Positions 20,970 through 30,883 of a DNA stretch of 64,000 nucleotides are shown piece after piece. The position numbers were made by a program, and so were the translations under genes. The number at the start of each line of letters is the position of its first letter. Within the stretch, counting starts at the first letter, position 1. The stretch comes from a bacterium. Its GTDB lineage: Bacteria; Bdellovibrionota_C; UBA2361; CALJRW01. Under the pieces are notes generated by a model. It made no database searches. It was not told where the DNA came from and was given only the letters and a program-made list of their open reading frames with translations. Where the stretch lies: contig JANNBC010000024.1 in NCBI GenBank assembly GCA_031385045.1, positions 96,001-160,000 of the forward strand. The letters run 5' to 3'.

Positions 20970-21209
20970 ATTTTTTATCGATTAAGCAATTTAAGTTTTA
21001 TTGTAAAAAATTGTTTAAGTGAATGACTTAAATGATCAAATTTAATTTGTTGATTCTTGCTTAAGTCAAAATTATTTGAAGTTACTTGTGTACATTAAAA
21101 CCGATTAACCTTCTCTTAACTGCTTGAAAAAAAGCCTCGTCTTTCTAAGTTTCTTAGAGCTTTTGTATATAATTCCTGCGGGGCTCAAGGCTTCCAATGT
21201 AAATTATAT

Positions 21210-21602
21210 TTATGTAAGATTAGAACTTTCAATTATTGCTAAGACATCAGCTGTTTCAATGATCCTTAAACGATCGTCCCAAGGAACTTTAATGCCAATT
21301 GCTTTTTCAATTAAAACAAGAGCATCTTGTGGGATTCCACTAATGTTTGTTGGTTCCTCATCATCTTCTTCATTCGCCATAGCAACGGCAACTACTTGAG
21401 CAATCACTGACTCGGACAAATTTTCTTTGGCATTATCAGGGATATATAATCCACCGCGAGATTTATCTTGATGATCTAGAATTTTAACTAAAACTCTCAT
21501 TCCCAGAGGGTTGATGCTATGGACTGTTTTTGCATCAATTACGAAAGAGGCATTGTCATTTATGGAGTTATTCATTTCTTCGTTTTTTTTGTTTTGATTC
21601 AT
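21210..21602 (-). CDS. GroES/chaperonin-10 family protein (orphan)
   Basis: INPLGMRVLVK, SRGGLYIPDNAKE mobile loop, DVLAII. Confidence 0.8.
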   Translation of the reverse strand: MNQNKKNEEMNNSINDNASFVIDAKTVHSINPLGMRVLVKILDHQDKSRGGLYIPDNAKENLSESVIAQVVAVAMANEEDDEEPTNISGIPQDALVLIEKAIGIKVPWDDRLRIIETADVLAIIESSNLT

Positions 21603-21642
21603 TGGTTAATGTATCTAACAGTATAGTAAATAATTAGACTAC

Positions 21643-22398
21643 TCAATTATGACGAGCATAGCGACTAGAATTGACGTAAAAATCTTTTAAACTTAGGGCA
21701 AAGGCCCTTTGAAAGGCTTCGGGTTCCTTAGATTTCAGTAGTTTTAGATAAATTCGTAACCTTCCTGTATTGGTAACTTTTAGTAAATAGGCAAACATCA
21801 GCTTGGATTGTTTATAGGCAATGATTGCCCGGTCTTTAGAAAGTAAGCTAAAGCTATTTTCTAGTTCGCTAATTTTTAGTTCTGGGACTCGCTGTACCAG
21901 TCTTTGGTCTCTAGATTTTTCTGCTTCAGAGTAATGTCCTTCCATGAATTGGGCGAGCCCTTCATCAAACCAAACTGGTGTTTTGCCGGAGGCTAGACAA
22001 TCAAGATAGGCATGAGTTAGTTCGTGTTTTAATGTTCTAGAAATTTGATTTGGTGAATTAGTAATGGAGTAGTTTAGGAAAATACTTTCTTTGGCATAAA
22101 ATCCATTGGGTTTTAGGTTAGAATTTAAAATAGAATTAAATTGCTGATTAGAGACTAGAAATAAACGGGGACCTGGGCAGGTAGGTAATGGAAAAATTTG
22201 TAGTAATTCTTGATTCGCCTCATTCCAAGAGCGCTTAATTCTACCTAAGTGTGGATCCCAGATTTGATCTTCAACTTGATAGTTAAGTACCCAAGGTTTT
22301 TTAGGTAGAAGATTATTACTTGCTGAGCATCCAGTTAGTAAACAGACGATACTAACTAGAACTATTAGATAATAATTGTAAGTCCGATTTTTATCCAA
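21643..22398 (-). CDS. Lipoprotein, peptidase MA (gluzincin) family
   Basis: Lipobox LTGC, HELTH, PVWFDEGLA. Confidence 0.8.
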   Translation of the reverse strand: MDKNRTYNYYLIVLVSIVCLLTGCSASNNLLPKKPWVLNYQVEDQIWDPHLGRIKRSWNEANQELLQIFPLPTCPGPRLFLVSNQQFNSILNSNLKPNGFYAKESIFLNYSITNSPNQISRTLKHELTHAYLDCLASGKTPVWFDEGLAQFMEGHYSEAEKSRDQRLVQRVPELKISELENSFSLLSKDRAIIAYKQSKLMFAYLLKVTNTGRLRIYLKLLKSKEPEAFQRAFALSLKDFYVNSSRYARHN

Positions 22399-23365
22399 GA
22401 ATTTGTTTAATTTCTTTTAAGCACATTTCTACATTAGGTCGAATATAATTCTCTAATACTTTGGAATATGGCATTGGTACGTCCATTGTAGAGACAAGTC
22501 CAACTGGAGCATCTAACTGATCAAAGATCTCTCTTTGGATCATGTGTGAAAGATATGCTCCATAACTAGCAGTTTCAAATTGATCTTGAATAATAATACA
22601 GCGGTGAGTTTTAGAAACCGATTTTAAGACTGCTTCCTTATCTAATGGTCGAAGAGTTCGAAGATCTAGGACCTCAGCATTAATACCCTGTTCTGCAAGT
22701 TTCTCAGCAACTTCCAAAGTAATAAATACTGAGCGCGACCAAGAGATTAGGGTTACATCAGTTCCTTCTCTTTTAATGTCAGCTTTGCCAATTGGAATTA
22801 TATATTCTTCTTCTGGGACATTACCTCGAAGTCCATAAGTTAGTTCTGCTTCTAAGAAAATAACTGGATCATTATTGCGGATAGCGCTTTTTAGAAGACC
22901 TTTAGTATCATAAGGCGTGGAAGGTGCAATTACTACTAAGCCTGGAGTATTAGCATAAATTCCTTCTAGGTAATTTACGTGTTGGGCACCAAGTTGAAAG
23001 GCGCCACCATTTGCTCCGCGAAAAACCATAGGGCAAGTTAACTGTCCGGCAGACATTAGGTGCGCTTTGGCAGCACTGTTGATAATTTGATCAATTGCTA
23101 CAAGTGAGAAGTTAAACGTCATAAACTCGACAATTGGCCTTAGACCACAAAGAGCAGCGCCAACTCCAATTCCTGAGAATCCTGTTTCAGCAATTGGAGC
23201 ATCGATTACTCTTTTAGCACCGAATTCTTCTAACATTCCCTTGGAGCATTTATAAGCACCATTGTAGGCACCAACTTCTTCACCAACTAAAAAGACATTT
23301 GGATCATGACGCATTTCTTCACTCATTGCTTCACGGATTGCATCTCTCATCATAATTTCACGCAT
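22391..23365 (-). CDS. pdhB: Pyruvate dehydrogenase E1 beta subunit
   Basis: GEEVGAYNGAYK, PIAETGF, EFMTFNFS, DLRTLRPLD. Confidence 0.95.
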   Translation of the reverse strand: MREIMMRDAIREAMSEEMRHDPNVFLVGEEVGAYNGAYKCSKGMLEEFGAKRVIDAPIAETGFSGIGVGAALCGLRPIVEFMTFNFSLVAIDQIINSAAKAHLMSAGQLTCPMVFRGANGGAFQLGAQHVNYLEGIYANTPGLVVIAPSTPYDTKGLLKSAIRNNDPVIFLEAELTYGLRGNVPEEEYIIPIGKADIKREGTDVTLISWSRSVFITLEVAEKLAEQGINAEVLDLRTLRPLDKEAVLKSVSKTHRCIIIQDQFETASYGAYLSHMIQREIFDQLDAPVGLVSTMDVPMPYSKVLENYIRPNVEMCLKEIKQILG

Positions 23366-23392
23366 TGGGGGAACTCCTAAGTAAATGATGTA

Positions 23393-24352
23393 TTATTGTT
23401 TTAGATCAAAGTAAGTATATTTGGCGGCATCAGCAGTGTCCGGAAATGGAGAGCTTTCAGCAAACTCCAAGCCTTCAGCAATTTCTGCTTCAATTTGTTT
23501 AATAACTCTTTCTCTGGTTTCTGAAAGTCCAAGCTCATTTAGCTTGTCCGCCAAAACTAAAATTGGATCACGACTTCTCCACGCCTCAATATCATCTTTA
23601 GTGCGATAATTGCCTGGGTCGGCCATGGAGTGTCCACGGTAGCGATAAGTTTTTGCTTCAATTAGCGTTGGTTGATTTTGTTCACGAGCTCGTTTAGCTG
23701 CCTTGTGAACAGCAGCTCGAACGGCAAAGATGTCGTGTCCATCAACAGATTCTCGGGCCATTGGGTAGCCTAAAGCACGAATCGAAAGATCTTCACTTGT
23801 TGCAGTTTTCTCTAATGGAGTGCCCATTGCAAAGTGATTATTCTCAATAATAAAAATCGCAGGTAATTCCCAAAGAGCAGCTAGGGCTAATCCTTCATGA
23901 AAAGCACCAATATTAATTGAGCCATCACCAAGAAAACTTAGGCTGATATTTTTATTCCCTTTATACTTATTTGCAAAAGCCATACCAGCCGCCATTGGGA
24001 TTTGTCCACCAATAATTGCCCAGCCACCATAAAAAGCATGTTCAACATCAAAAAAGTGCATCGAGCCACCACGTCCTTTGGAACATCCCGTAACTTTACC
24101 AAGTAACTCGGAGAAACCAGCTTTGACGGAACCGCCACGAGCTAAATAGTGTCCATGGCAACGATAGGAAGTTAAAATTTGATCCTGTGGATCAAGAACG
24201 GATAATGCTCCAACAGCAACTGCTTCTTGTCCAATATAAAGGTGTAGAAATCCACCGATCTTTCTTTCGGTATAGAGACGCGCAGCTTCTTCTTCAAATC
24301 TTCTGATTCGTAACATGTTTGTGTAGAGCTGGGTAATTAAGTCTTGATCCAT
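23393..24352 (-). CDS. pdhA: Pyruvate dehydrogenase E1 alpha subunit
   Basis: GGFLHLYIGQEA, GRGGSMH, GDG TPP motif, TYRYRGHSMADP. Confidence 0.96.
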   Translation of the reverse strand: MDQDLITQLYTNMLRIRRFEEEAARLYTERKIGGFLHLYIGQEAVAVGALSVLDPQDQILTSYRCHGHYLARGGSVKAGFSELLGKVTGCSKGRGGSMHFFDVEHAFYGGWAIIGGQIPMAAGMAFANKYKGNKNISLSFLGDGSINIGAFHEGLALAALWELPAIFIIENNHFAMGTPLEKTATSEDLSIRALGYPMARESVDGHDIFAVRAAVHKAAKRAREQNQPTLIEAKTYRYRGHSMADPGNYRTKDDIEAWRSRDPILVLADKLNELGLSETRERVIKQIEAEIAEGLEFAESSPFPDTADAAKYTYFDLKQ

Positions 24353-24702
24353 AATAATTTACTTGATGCTTAAACAATTCAAATACCGAAGGCAGAAGTT
24401 AGCAAAATTCATTATTAGTGGCAATTAGCTTGTCGAATGAGTTAATCAAACAAAAAGTATAAAACTAACAATCTCTTACAAAACTTGGGGAGGCACCTGT
24501 GGCGTTTTTTGGACTTGAGATACTAAGCGCCTTTGAATTTTCGGTAATTTCGATTTTGCTAGTTATAATAGTCGATAATTATCATGATTATTGATTAATT
24601 ATTTGGATAAATCTTTTTATTAAGGGGGCAAACTTTTTGTTGAAAACTATTTTAATATGCTGATATGATGACATAAATTACCCATCTTTAAAGAATTCAA
24701 TT

Positions 24703-25272
24703 GTGAATAGTTTTGACCTCTACTTTACAAGTAGTCCAGATCTGCAACTAGTCAAGACGTGCTTTTATTTTAATTTCAATGCTCCAATCATCACTGTTCG
24801 TGGCAAGAATTTTACACATTCTGGACAGTCAGGCAGTTTTCTTTGGTCAAGTGGTGTAAAGTCTTTAGCTTATTTCTTGATTCAGTCAGTTTGCTTATCC
24901 CAGATGGGTTCAAAGAATGTTTTTATTTTATCTGGTGCTAAAAAAAGTTTAGCTCATAGTTTATCTCTAACTATAATAAAGGAGCCTAATTGGTTGGCAG
25001 AGATGTTTGGGGTTGATGTTCAAGGCAATACTCGTGCCAGAAAACTGCTACAAATCAGAAATCAATATTATAATCTGGGAAACTTAGTTGAAATAAGTCT
25101 AAATACACAATTTTTAGCATTAACAGAGATTAATTTTTATTTAAATGATCAAAAACAAACTAGTATTAAAAGTTTGATCCAATTACGTGAGTCCTTAGAC
25201 ATTGCCTTACAGGATAGTAAACGACAGAATGAACAGGCACAGGTCACTCAGCTAGGCTTTGATTTTCTTTAG
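24703..25272 (+). CDS. Hypothetical protein
   Basis: 189-aa ORF in an intergenic position; no recognised motif. Confidence 0.6.
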   Translation: MNSFDLYFTSSPDLQLVKTCFYFNFNAPIITVRGKNFTHSGQSGSFLWSSGVKSLAYFLIQSVCLSQMGSKNVFILSGAKKSLAHSLSLTIIKEPNWLAEMFGVDVQGNTRARKLLQIRNQYYNLGNLVEISLNTQFLALTEINFYLNDQKQTSIKSLIQLRESLDIALQDSKRQNEQAQVTQLGFDFL

Positions 25273-25349
25273 AAAAACTCTTCTTTCTTCAAGTCATTGA
25301 TAAAAGTTTCAAATGCTAATGGCGAAATTATTGGAATTGATTTAAGGTT

Positions 25350-25417
25350 TATAGTTATGACAAAAAGTATTTTCCGAGTATTTAAAAGTCAGTTTTGTGT
25401 TTTTTGTCATAACTATA
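25350..25417. promoter_or_regulatory. 17-bp perfect inverted repeat upstream of mlaA
   Basis: TATAGTTATGACAAAAA (25350-25366) / TTTTTGTCATAACTATA (25401-25417). Confidence 0.6.
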
Positions 25418-25486
25418 TGATTTTATTATCCCTCTGGAGATAGTAAGCCCTGTTGGCGTTTAAAGATTTTATTTTAAACTACGTAA

Positions 25487-26245
25487 ATGTTTAAGAAATT
25501 GTTAGTAATATTAGCTCTGGTACTTGGAATTAGCACTTGGGTGCAGGCCGAAGATATTTATGATCCTTGGGAGAAAACTAACCGAACTGTTTTTAATATT
25601 AATGATAAGTTAGATGTTCATCTTCTAGAACCTGTTGCTAGCACTTATGGTAAGATAACTCCCTCTCGTCTTCAGAAAGGGGTTACAAGTTTTTTTGAAA
25701 ACCTTCGATATCCAAGATATCTAGTTAGTGACTTGCTCCAATTAAAATTTGGGCAAGTTCTTACTCATACTGGACGATTTTTAATTAACTCCACAATTGG
25801 ATTGGCAGGAACGATTGATGTTGCTGAAGATTGGGGACTTCCTGAACATTACGAAGATTTTGCAACGGCATTAGCTTACTACGAAGTCCCTGCTGGGCCG
25901 TACATGGTGATCCCTTTTGTTGGTCCAAGCAATGTACGTGATTTTACTGGTAGTATAGTTGACCGACTGTTAAACCCAATTTATTGGCTTGGCCAGTTTG
26001 ACGAAATTGATAGCACCGATGCACTTCGAATTTCAATTGGCACAACTATCTTGGAAGTAATTGACATGCGTTATAATTTAACTGAGGCAATCAATGGCGC
26101 GAAAGAGAGCTCCTTGGATTACTACTCCTTCATGCAGTCTTCTTATTATCAGTACCGAGAAGGATTGGTATATGATGGGGAGAAGCCAAGGACTGGTGCT
26201 GAAAGTGAGAATTGGGATGATGAGCCAGACTGGGACAATCAATAG
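25487..26245 (+). CDS. mlaA: MlaA/VacJ family protein
   Basis: DPWEKTNR, RFLINSTIGLAG, EDF, GPYMVIPFVGPSNVRD. Confidence 0.92.
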   Translation: MFKKLLVILALVLGISTWVQAEDIYDPWEKTNRTVFNINDKLDVHLLEPVASTYGKITPSRLQKGVTSFFENLRYPRYLVSDLLQLKFGQVLTHTGRFLINSTIGLAGTIDVAEDWGLPEHYEDFATALAYYEVPAGPYMVIPFVGPSNVRDFTGSIVDRLLNPIYWLGQFDEIDSTDALRISIGTTILEVIDMRYNLTEAINGAKESSLDYYSFMQSSYYQYREGLVYDGEKPRTGAESENWDDEPDWDNQ

Positions 26246-26262
26246 TTAATTGAATAGTCAAA

Positions 26263-26853
26263 ATGAATATACATATGATTAAAAATGCTAAGCCTTTATT
26301 GATGGGTGCTCTTGAGCAGAGCGTTACTGTTAAAAAAGAATTAACAGTGGATTTGAATTTTCAAAACTCTTTTCAATTAGCCGCGGAATTACTACTGGCA
26401 ACTCGGATTGCTGGTGGCACAATTTATATCTGTGGAAATGGGGGCTCAGCTTGTGATGCTATGCATTTCAATGAAGAATTGGTTGCTCGCTATGCTAAAG
26501 AGCGTAAGGGGATTAAGTCCCAGCATTTCATGGATATGTCGACAATTACATGCTGGGGAAACGATTATAGCTTTGAAACAATTTTTAGCCGTCAGGTGGA
26601 AACATTTTGTACAAATCAAGATGTTTTAGTTGTTATTAGTACTTCGGGTAATTCTAAGAATATCTTAGCAGCACTTAAGGCTGCTAAAGAGAAGAAAGTG
26701 CCTACGATTCTTTTAACTGGTAAAGATGGCGGGATAGCAAAAACTGTTGCCGATATTTCTTTAATCGTTCCATGTGAAAGGACAGATCGGATTCAAGAGG
26801 TGCATATTTTAGCGATTCATGCTTTTTGTGAATTTTTAGAGCAAGATATGTAG
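26263..26853 (+). CDS. gmhA: D-sedoheptulose 7-phosphate isomerase
   Basis: CGNGGSACDAMH, GNDYSF, ISTSGNS, RIQEVH. Confidence 0.93.
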   Translation: MNIHMIKNAKPLLMGALEQSVTVKKELTVDLNFQNSFQLAAELLLATRIAGGTIYICGNGGSACDAMHFNEELVARYAKERKGIKSQHFMDMSTITCWGNDYSFETIFSRQVETFCTNQDVLVVISTSGNSKNILAALKAAKEKKVPTILLTGKDGGIAKTVADISLIVPCERTDRIQEVHILAIHAFCEFLEQDM

Positions 26854-26880
26854 CTGTGATGCTTGATTAACAGTAAAAGA

Positions 26881-27243
26881 TTATTCTGGTAGATTGCTAT
26901 ACTTTGATTTGTTATTGAAACTTTTTTCAACTGGATATTTTAGCTTATTTTTCTTCATCTTGTCTTTAAAAGCCTGAGCTAAATCAATATTTAAATCTTT
27001 AGAAATAATTAAGAGCCAATAGAAAATATCTGCTAGTTCATCAGCTACAGATGTTTGATCTTTCTCAACTTCTTCTAAGAACTCTTCGGAAGTCTTCCAC
27101 TGAATAAGTTCAAGTAGCTCTGCTGATTCCAAATTAAGAGAAATTAACATATCTTTAAGATTGTGAAACTGTTTCCAGTTTCTAGCAGTACGAAACTCTT
27201 CAATCTCTTTGATGAAATCAGCCAGTTGATTATTTTTGTCCAT
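26881..27243 (-). CDS. MazG-like nucleotide pyrophosphohydrolase (dCTP pyrophosphatase-like)
   Basis: RNWKQFH, ESAELLELIQW, DELADIF, KMKKNKLKYP; ATG at 27243 preferred. Confidence 0.88.
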   Translation of the reverse strand: MDKNNQLADFIKEIEEFRTARNWKQFHNLKDMLISLNLESAELLELIQWKTSEEFLEEVEKDQTSVADELADIFYWLLIISKDLNIDLAQAFKDKMKKNKLKYPVEKSFNNKSKYSNLPE

Positions 27244-27880
27244 ATTTTTGCTTAATAATCCTAAGCAATTCTTTCGCACTTAGGCAGTTTTCTAATTCCT
27301 TACTAAGAATAGTTAAATCAGCCAAGTTTTGGTAGAGCATTTCGCGTTCTTCAATTAATATTCGAAGCTGGTTTTCAATTTCGGTAGGCTGTGGTGAGCT
27401 TAGTTCTTTTGGAAAGCGATTGTTCCAAAGAATTGGCCGAGGTTCAGTTGAGTAACTTCTAATGATCTTTTCCTGCTGTTCAGATGTTAGCTTTAGATAA
27501 ATTACTAGAAAGTTATCCTTAACTAACTTAAGTGTTTCAGGGGAGCAGTAAATTAAGCTCCCAGTCGAATCTAAGATTGTTGGTTGAGGATCCATTCTGC
27601 CACTTAGTTCGAACATGTATTCGTTTTCTAAATCACGGTAGATTTTTTCTCTTTGCTGGAAGCCGTCCTGCCAAGGGAATCCAAGCCAGGTACCTAAGGA
27701 AGAAATAATTTCATCCGCAGAGCCTATTTTGTGTAGTATATGTTCACAGATTCTTTGGTCGCAGGATACAAGTTGATAGCCTTCTAGCTCAAATTTTTGA
27801 GCCCAGTAGGATTTTCCAACCCCCGACATACCAATTAAACATAGTTTACTAAAGTTTTCAGTTTTTCTGTCGATAAACAT
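27230..27880 (-). CDS. Shikimate kinase-like P-loop kinase
   Basis: LIGMSGVGKS, LDSTGS, RP, EREMLY. Confidence 0.7.
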   Translation of the reverse strand: MFIDRKTENFSKLCLIGMSGVGKSYWAQKFELEGYQLVSCDQRICEHILHKIGSADEIISSLGTWLGFPWQDGFQQREKIYRDLENEYMFELSGRMDPQPTILDSTGSLIYCSPETLKLVKDNFLVIYLKLTSEQQEKIIRSYSTEPRPILWNNRFPKELSSPQPTEIENQLRILIEEREMLYQNLADLTILSKELENCLSAKELLRIIKQKYGQK

Positions 27881-27942
27881 TATAGAAATAAAGTTACAAA
27901 AAATTTGTTGCTAAACTCAAGTCCTGATGGATATTCCTGTAG

Positions 27943-28098
27943 GGTGTTGAGCGCAAGTTTACAGCGGATGGTTAATGGTTTTCCATTTACCTTTTCTATC
28001 TTAGCCGGGAGGCATTGAATAAAAGACAATGTCTCTCGTCAGCCTAGAAGATGGAAAACTTTGCTAGTAAACCAAGCAGGTTTTATGTTCAAGAAACC
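27943..28098. ncRNA. Candidate structured ncRNA (long bulged hairpin, class unknown)
   Basis: Nested complementarity: GTTTAC/GTAAAC, GTTTTCCAT/ATGGAAAAC, TTCTA/TAGAA, CGGGAGGCATTG/CAATGTCTCTCG. Confidence 0.35.
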
Positions 28099-28197
28099 GT
28101 TATTCGCGATTAGTGTACATGTTTGTTGTACATTATTGTACGATATGACAAATTTTGTACTATTTAGCTTACCCCTGTGTTTCACTAAATCCTATTA

Positions 28198-28210
28198 AAT
28201 CAACATCTTA
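28198..28210 (+). promoter_or_regulatory. IHF binding site
   Basis: AATCAACATCTTA matches WATCAANNNNTTR, just upstream of the -24/-12 element. Confidence 0.6.
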
Positions 28211-28236
28211 GCAATACAAGACGAGTCCCTACAGTT

Positions 28237-28252
28237 TGGCATAATCCTTGCA
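28237..28252 (+). promoter_or_regulatory. Sigma54 (-24/-12) promoter of fliA
   Basis: TGGCATAATCCTTGCA (GG-N10-GC), ~50 nt before the ATG. Confidence 0.75.
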
Positions 28253-28303
28253 CTAATAAAAGTATAATTCGCATTATGGTTTTAGGTTTTAAAGGGTTTT
28301 GTC

Positions 28304-29062
28304 ATGTCAGCATTAACGCAGTTTAAAGTTGAAGATTATTTAAGTTTTAGTCCGCTAGAACAAGAAGAAATCATCAAGTCTTATATTCCATTAGTAAAGC
28401 GCGTAGTTCATCGCTTAGCTGGAAGATTACCAAAAGATGTCGATTTAAAAGAAATGCTCAATTCAGGTCTGATTGGCTTGGTTGATGCTTTAGAGAAATT
28501 TGATTCTGCCAAGGAAACAAGTTTTGCAACTTATGCTCAGTTTCGTATCCGTGGAGCAATATTAGATAGTTTTAGATCTCAAGATTGGATGCCTCGTTCT
28601 ATCAGGGCTAGAGCTAATCAGATTGAGAAAGCTTATAAATTAGTAGAACAGAAATTAGGTCGCGCTGCTAGTGACAAGGAAGTTGCTGGGGAATTAGGTC
28701 TTAACTTAGAAGATTTTAGAACGCAATTAGGTCAAGTAAGTAATGCAGTAATGTATAGTTTTGAAGAGATTGGCTTTGGTCATGGGGATGATCGGTTTCA
28801 ATCAGAATATTCATCTAAAATCAATCAAGATCCAGCGGATCGAATGATTTCAAAACAAAGAGTTGAGTTATTAGCGAGAGCATTGGAGCGATTAACGTAT
28901 AAAGAAAGATTAGTTGTTACCTTACATTTTTATGAAGAGTTAAGTTTAAAAGAAATCGGAGATATCTTAGAACTTACCGAGTCTCGTATTTCTCAAATTC
29001 GAACTAGAGCGTTAATCCGTTTAAAGAACTGCTTACATACAGTTGTTCGCGGGGAAGCCTAG
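28304..29062 (+). CDS. fliA: FliA/WhiG family RNA polymerase sigma factor (sigma28)
   Basis: GLIGLVDALEKFD, FATYAQFRIRGAILDSFRSQDW, LTESRISQI. Confidence 0.93.
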   Translation: MSALTQFKVEDYLSFSPLEQEEIIKSYIPLVKRVVHRLAGRLPKDVDLKEMLNSGLIGLVDALEKFDSAKETSFATYAQFRIRGAILDSFRSQDWMPRSIRARANQIEKAYKLVEQKLGRAASDKEVAGELGLNLEDFRTQLGQVSNAVMYSFEEIGFGHGDDRFQSEYSSKINQDPADRMISKQRVELLARALERLTYKERLVVTLHFYEELSLKEIGDILELTESRISQIRTRALIRLKNCLHTVVRGEA

Positions 29063-29118
29063 TACAGATAATTCCTACGCAACTTTAAAAAGTAGCAATC
29101 TTATGCCAAGATTGGCCA

Positions 29119-29808
29119 ATGTTAAATCGTTGGCTAATCTTGATTTTTTGTTTTTTTGCAACTTCAGTCACTGTTAGTGCCGAGACATCATCTCAGACAT
29201 GGGCAGCTATGAGTGTTGACTTACCAATCATCCAAGACTCTAGTCAGTATCGTTTGTATTTAGAGGGGCAACCTCGTTACAATTTCTCTGAACATCGAAT
29301 TGAGAAAGTTTATTTAAATTCTGCTTTGGGATATCGCCTTAGTCCTCAACTTACACTTTGGGTTGGGTATCTTTGGGCTACAACTGGCTACCGTTTGGCT
29401 GATGGAGATCGATTAGTAGAGACTAGGTTTTGGCAACAAATTAATTATAGTCAAAAATATCATGATTTAACAATCGCACATCGTTTGCGACTTGAGGAGC
29501 GAGACGTTGAAGACGATCCTCATTCTGCAGAGCGATTAAGGTATCAATTGCGGGCTAGTCATCCACTCTTTGACTATCAAAATAAGGTAATTGGCATTAC
29601 TTGTTTTGATGAAGTGGCTTATAATCTTCCGACTAGTTCTGCTCAAACTCAGTCCGGGTGGTATCGTAATCGAGCTTTTTTAGGACCTTATTTAACTTAT
29701 CAAAAACTTCGTTGGGAGCTTGGCTATTTAAATGAAAGAATTCAGATTGACGATAAATGGAATCGGAATAATCATATACTACTAACTAGCTTAAGTTTTG
29801 TTTATTAA
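29119..29808 (+). CDS. Outer-membrane beta-barrel protein (DUF2490-like)
   Basis: Signal peptide, ETRFWQQ, HRLRLEER, RLRYQLR, RNRAFLG, terminal aromatic residue. Confidence 0.75.
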   Translation: MLNRWLILIFCFFATSVTVSAETSSQTWAAMSVDLPIIQDSSQYRLYLEGQPRYNFSEHRIEKVYLNSALGYRLSPQLTLWVGYLWATTGYRLADGDRLVETRFWQQINYSQKYHDLTIAHRLRLEERDVEDDPHSAERLRYQLRASHPLFDYQNKVIGITCFDEVAYNLPTSSAQTQSGWYRNRAFLGPYLTYQKLRWELGYLNERIQIDDKWNRNNHILLTSLSFVY

Positions 29809-29814
29809 GTCAAT

Positions 29815-30882
29815 ATGTCAGATTTCCAAAAAATCCTCCAAGCTTTTAATCATCCTTTCCCCATGAATACCAATGTGCGAGCTATTAAGATTGGTATTAT
29901 TAATGATACTTTTATTGTAAGTGAGCCTTCACAGAAGTTTATTCTCCAAAAAATCAATCACCATGTTTTTCTAAATATTCCCGAATTAATGTCGAATATT
30001 CGGCTAGTTTTAGATCATCTACAAAGATTCCTAGTACCGACAGATCAAGATCGTTACCCATCATTAATTGCTACAAAAAATGGTGAAGATTTTTTTCTTG
30101 ATCAAGATGAGAATTATTGGAGATTGATGACTTTAGTTGAGGAGACTAGTAGCAGTTATATCTGCGAGTCATTAAGTGATGCCGAAGAAGCGGCTAGATC
30201 TTTAGCTCGTTTTCAAAAATACCTAGCACCACTAAAGCAAAGCGATTTTTTTATTACGATTGAAAATTTTCATGATATTAAATCGCGCTTAGTAACATTT
30301 AAGCAGGCAGTTGAGACGGATGCTTATGGCTTACTTCAGAAAATAAAGAAGGATGTGGATTATTTGTTAGGACTTGAGCCTTGGATTAATAATATTGTGG
30401 AGATCTTGGAGCAGACGCCAGATCGTATTGTTCATAATGATTTGAAGTTTAATAATATTCTTTTTAATGATCGGCGGCAGGCAGTTTGCTTAGTTGATTA
30501 TGATACGATGATGCCAGGGAAAATTGCCTATGACTTTGGCGAATTAGCTAGAACAGTAGCCTGTAATTTAGTTGAGGACGATCCCCACTACTTAGATGTT
30601 GCTGTACGTAAAGAATATTTTGTAAGCTTATTTAAAGCATATCATCAACAGACAAAAGAGCTACTTGAGCCGAATGAGGTTCAGTCAATTGCCTATGCTC
30701 CTAGTTATATGACTTTAATTTTAGCAATTCGATTTTTGGCAGATTACTTAAACGGTAGTCAGTATTTTAAAGTTGACTATGCCGAGCATAATCGTGATCG
30801 GGGGCTTAATCAGTTGTATCTTTTCAAACAATTTCATGCGCTGGAGTCGGAGTTTCTAAGAGAGATTATTAATAATAAATAA
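29815..30882 (+). CDS. Aminoglycoside phosphotransferase-like kinase (N-acetylhexosamine kinase-like)
   Basis: GIINDTF, ILQKINH, HNDLKFNN, VDYDT, RFLADYLNG. Confidence 0.85.
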   Translation: MSDFQKILQAFNHPFPMNTNVRAIKIGIINDTFIVSEPSQKFILQKINHHVFLNIPELMSNIRLVLDHLQRFLVPTDQDRYPSLIATKNGEDFFLDQDENYWRLMTLVEETSSSYICESLSDAEEAARSLARFQKYLAPLKQSDFFITIENFHDIKSRLVTFKQAVETDAYGLLQKIKKDVDYLLGLEPWINNIVEILEQTPDRIVHNDLKFNNILFNDRRQAVCLVDYDTMMPGKIAYDFGELARTVACNLVEDDPHYLDVAVRKEYFVSLFKAYHQQTKELLEPNEVQSIAYAPSYMTLILAIRFLADYLNGSQYFKVDYAEHNRDRGLNQLYLFKQFHALESEFLREIINNK

Positions 30883-30883
30883 T

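Noticed and set aside
21124..21399. 91-aa plus-strand ORF
   Set aside because: It overlaps the GroES-like gene on the opposite strand and has no recognisable features.
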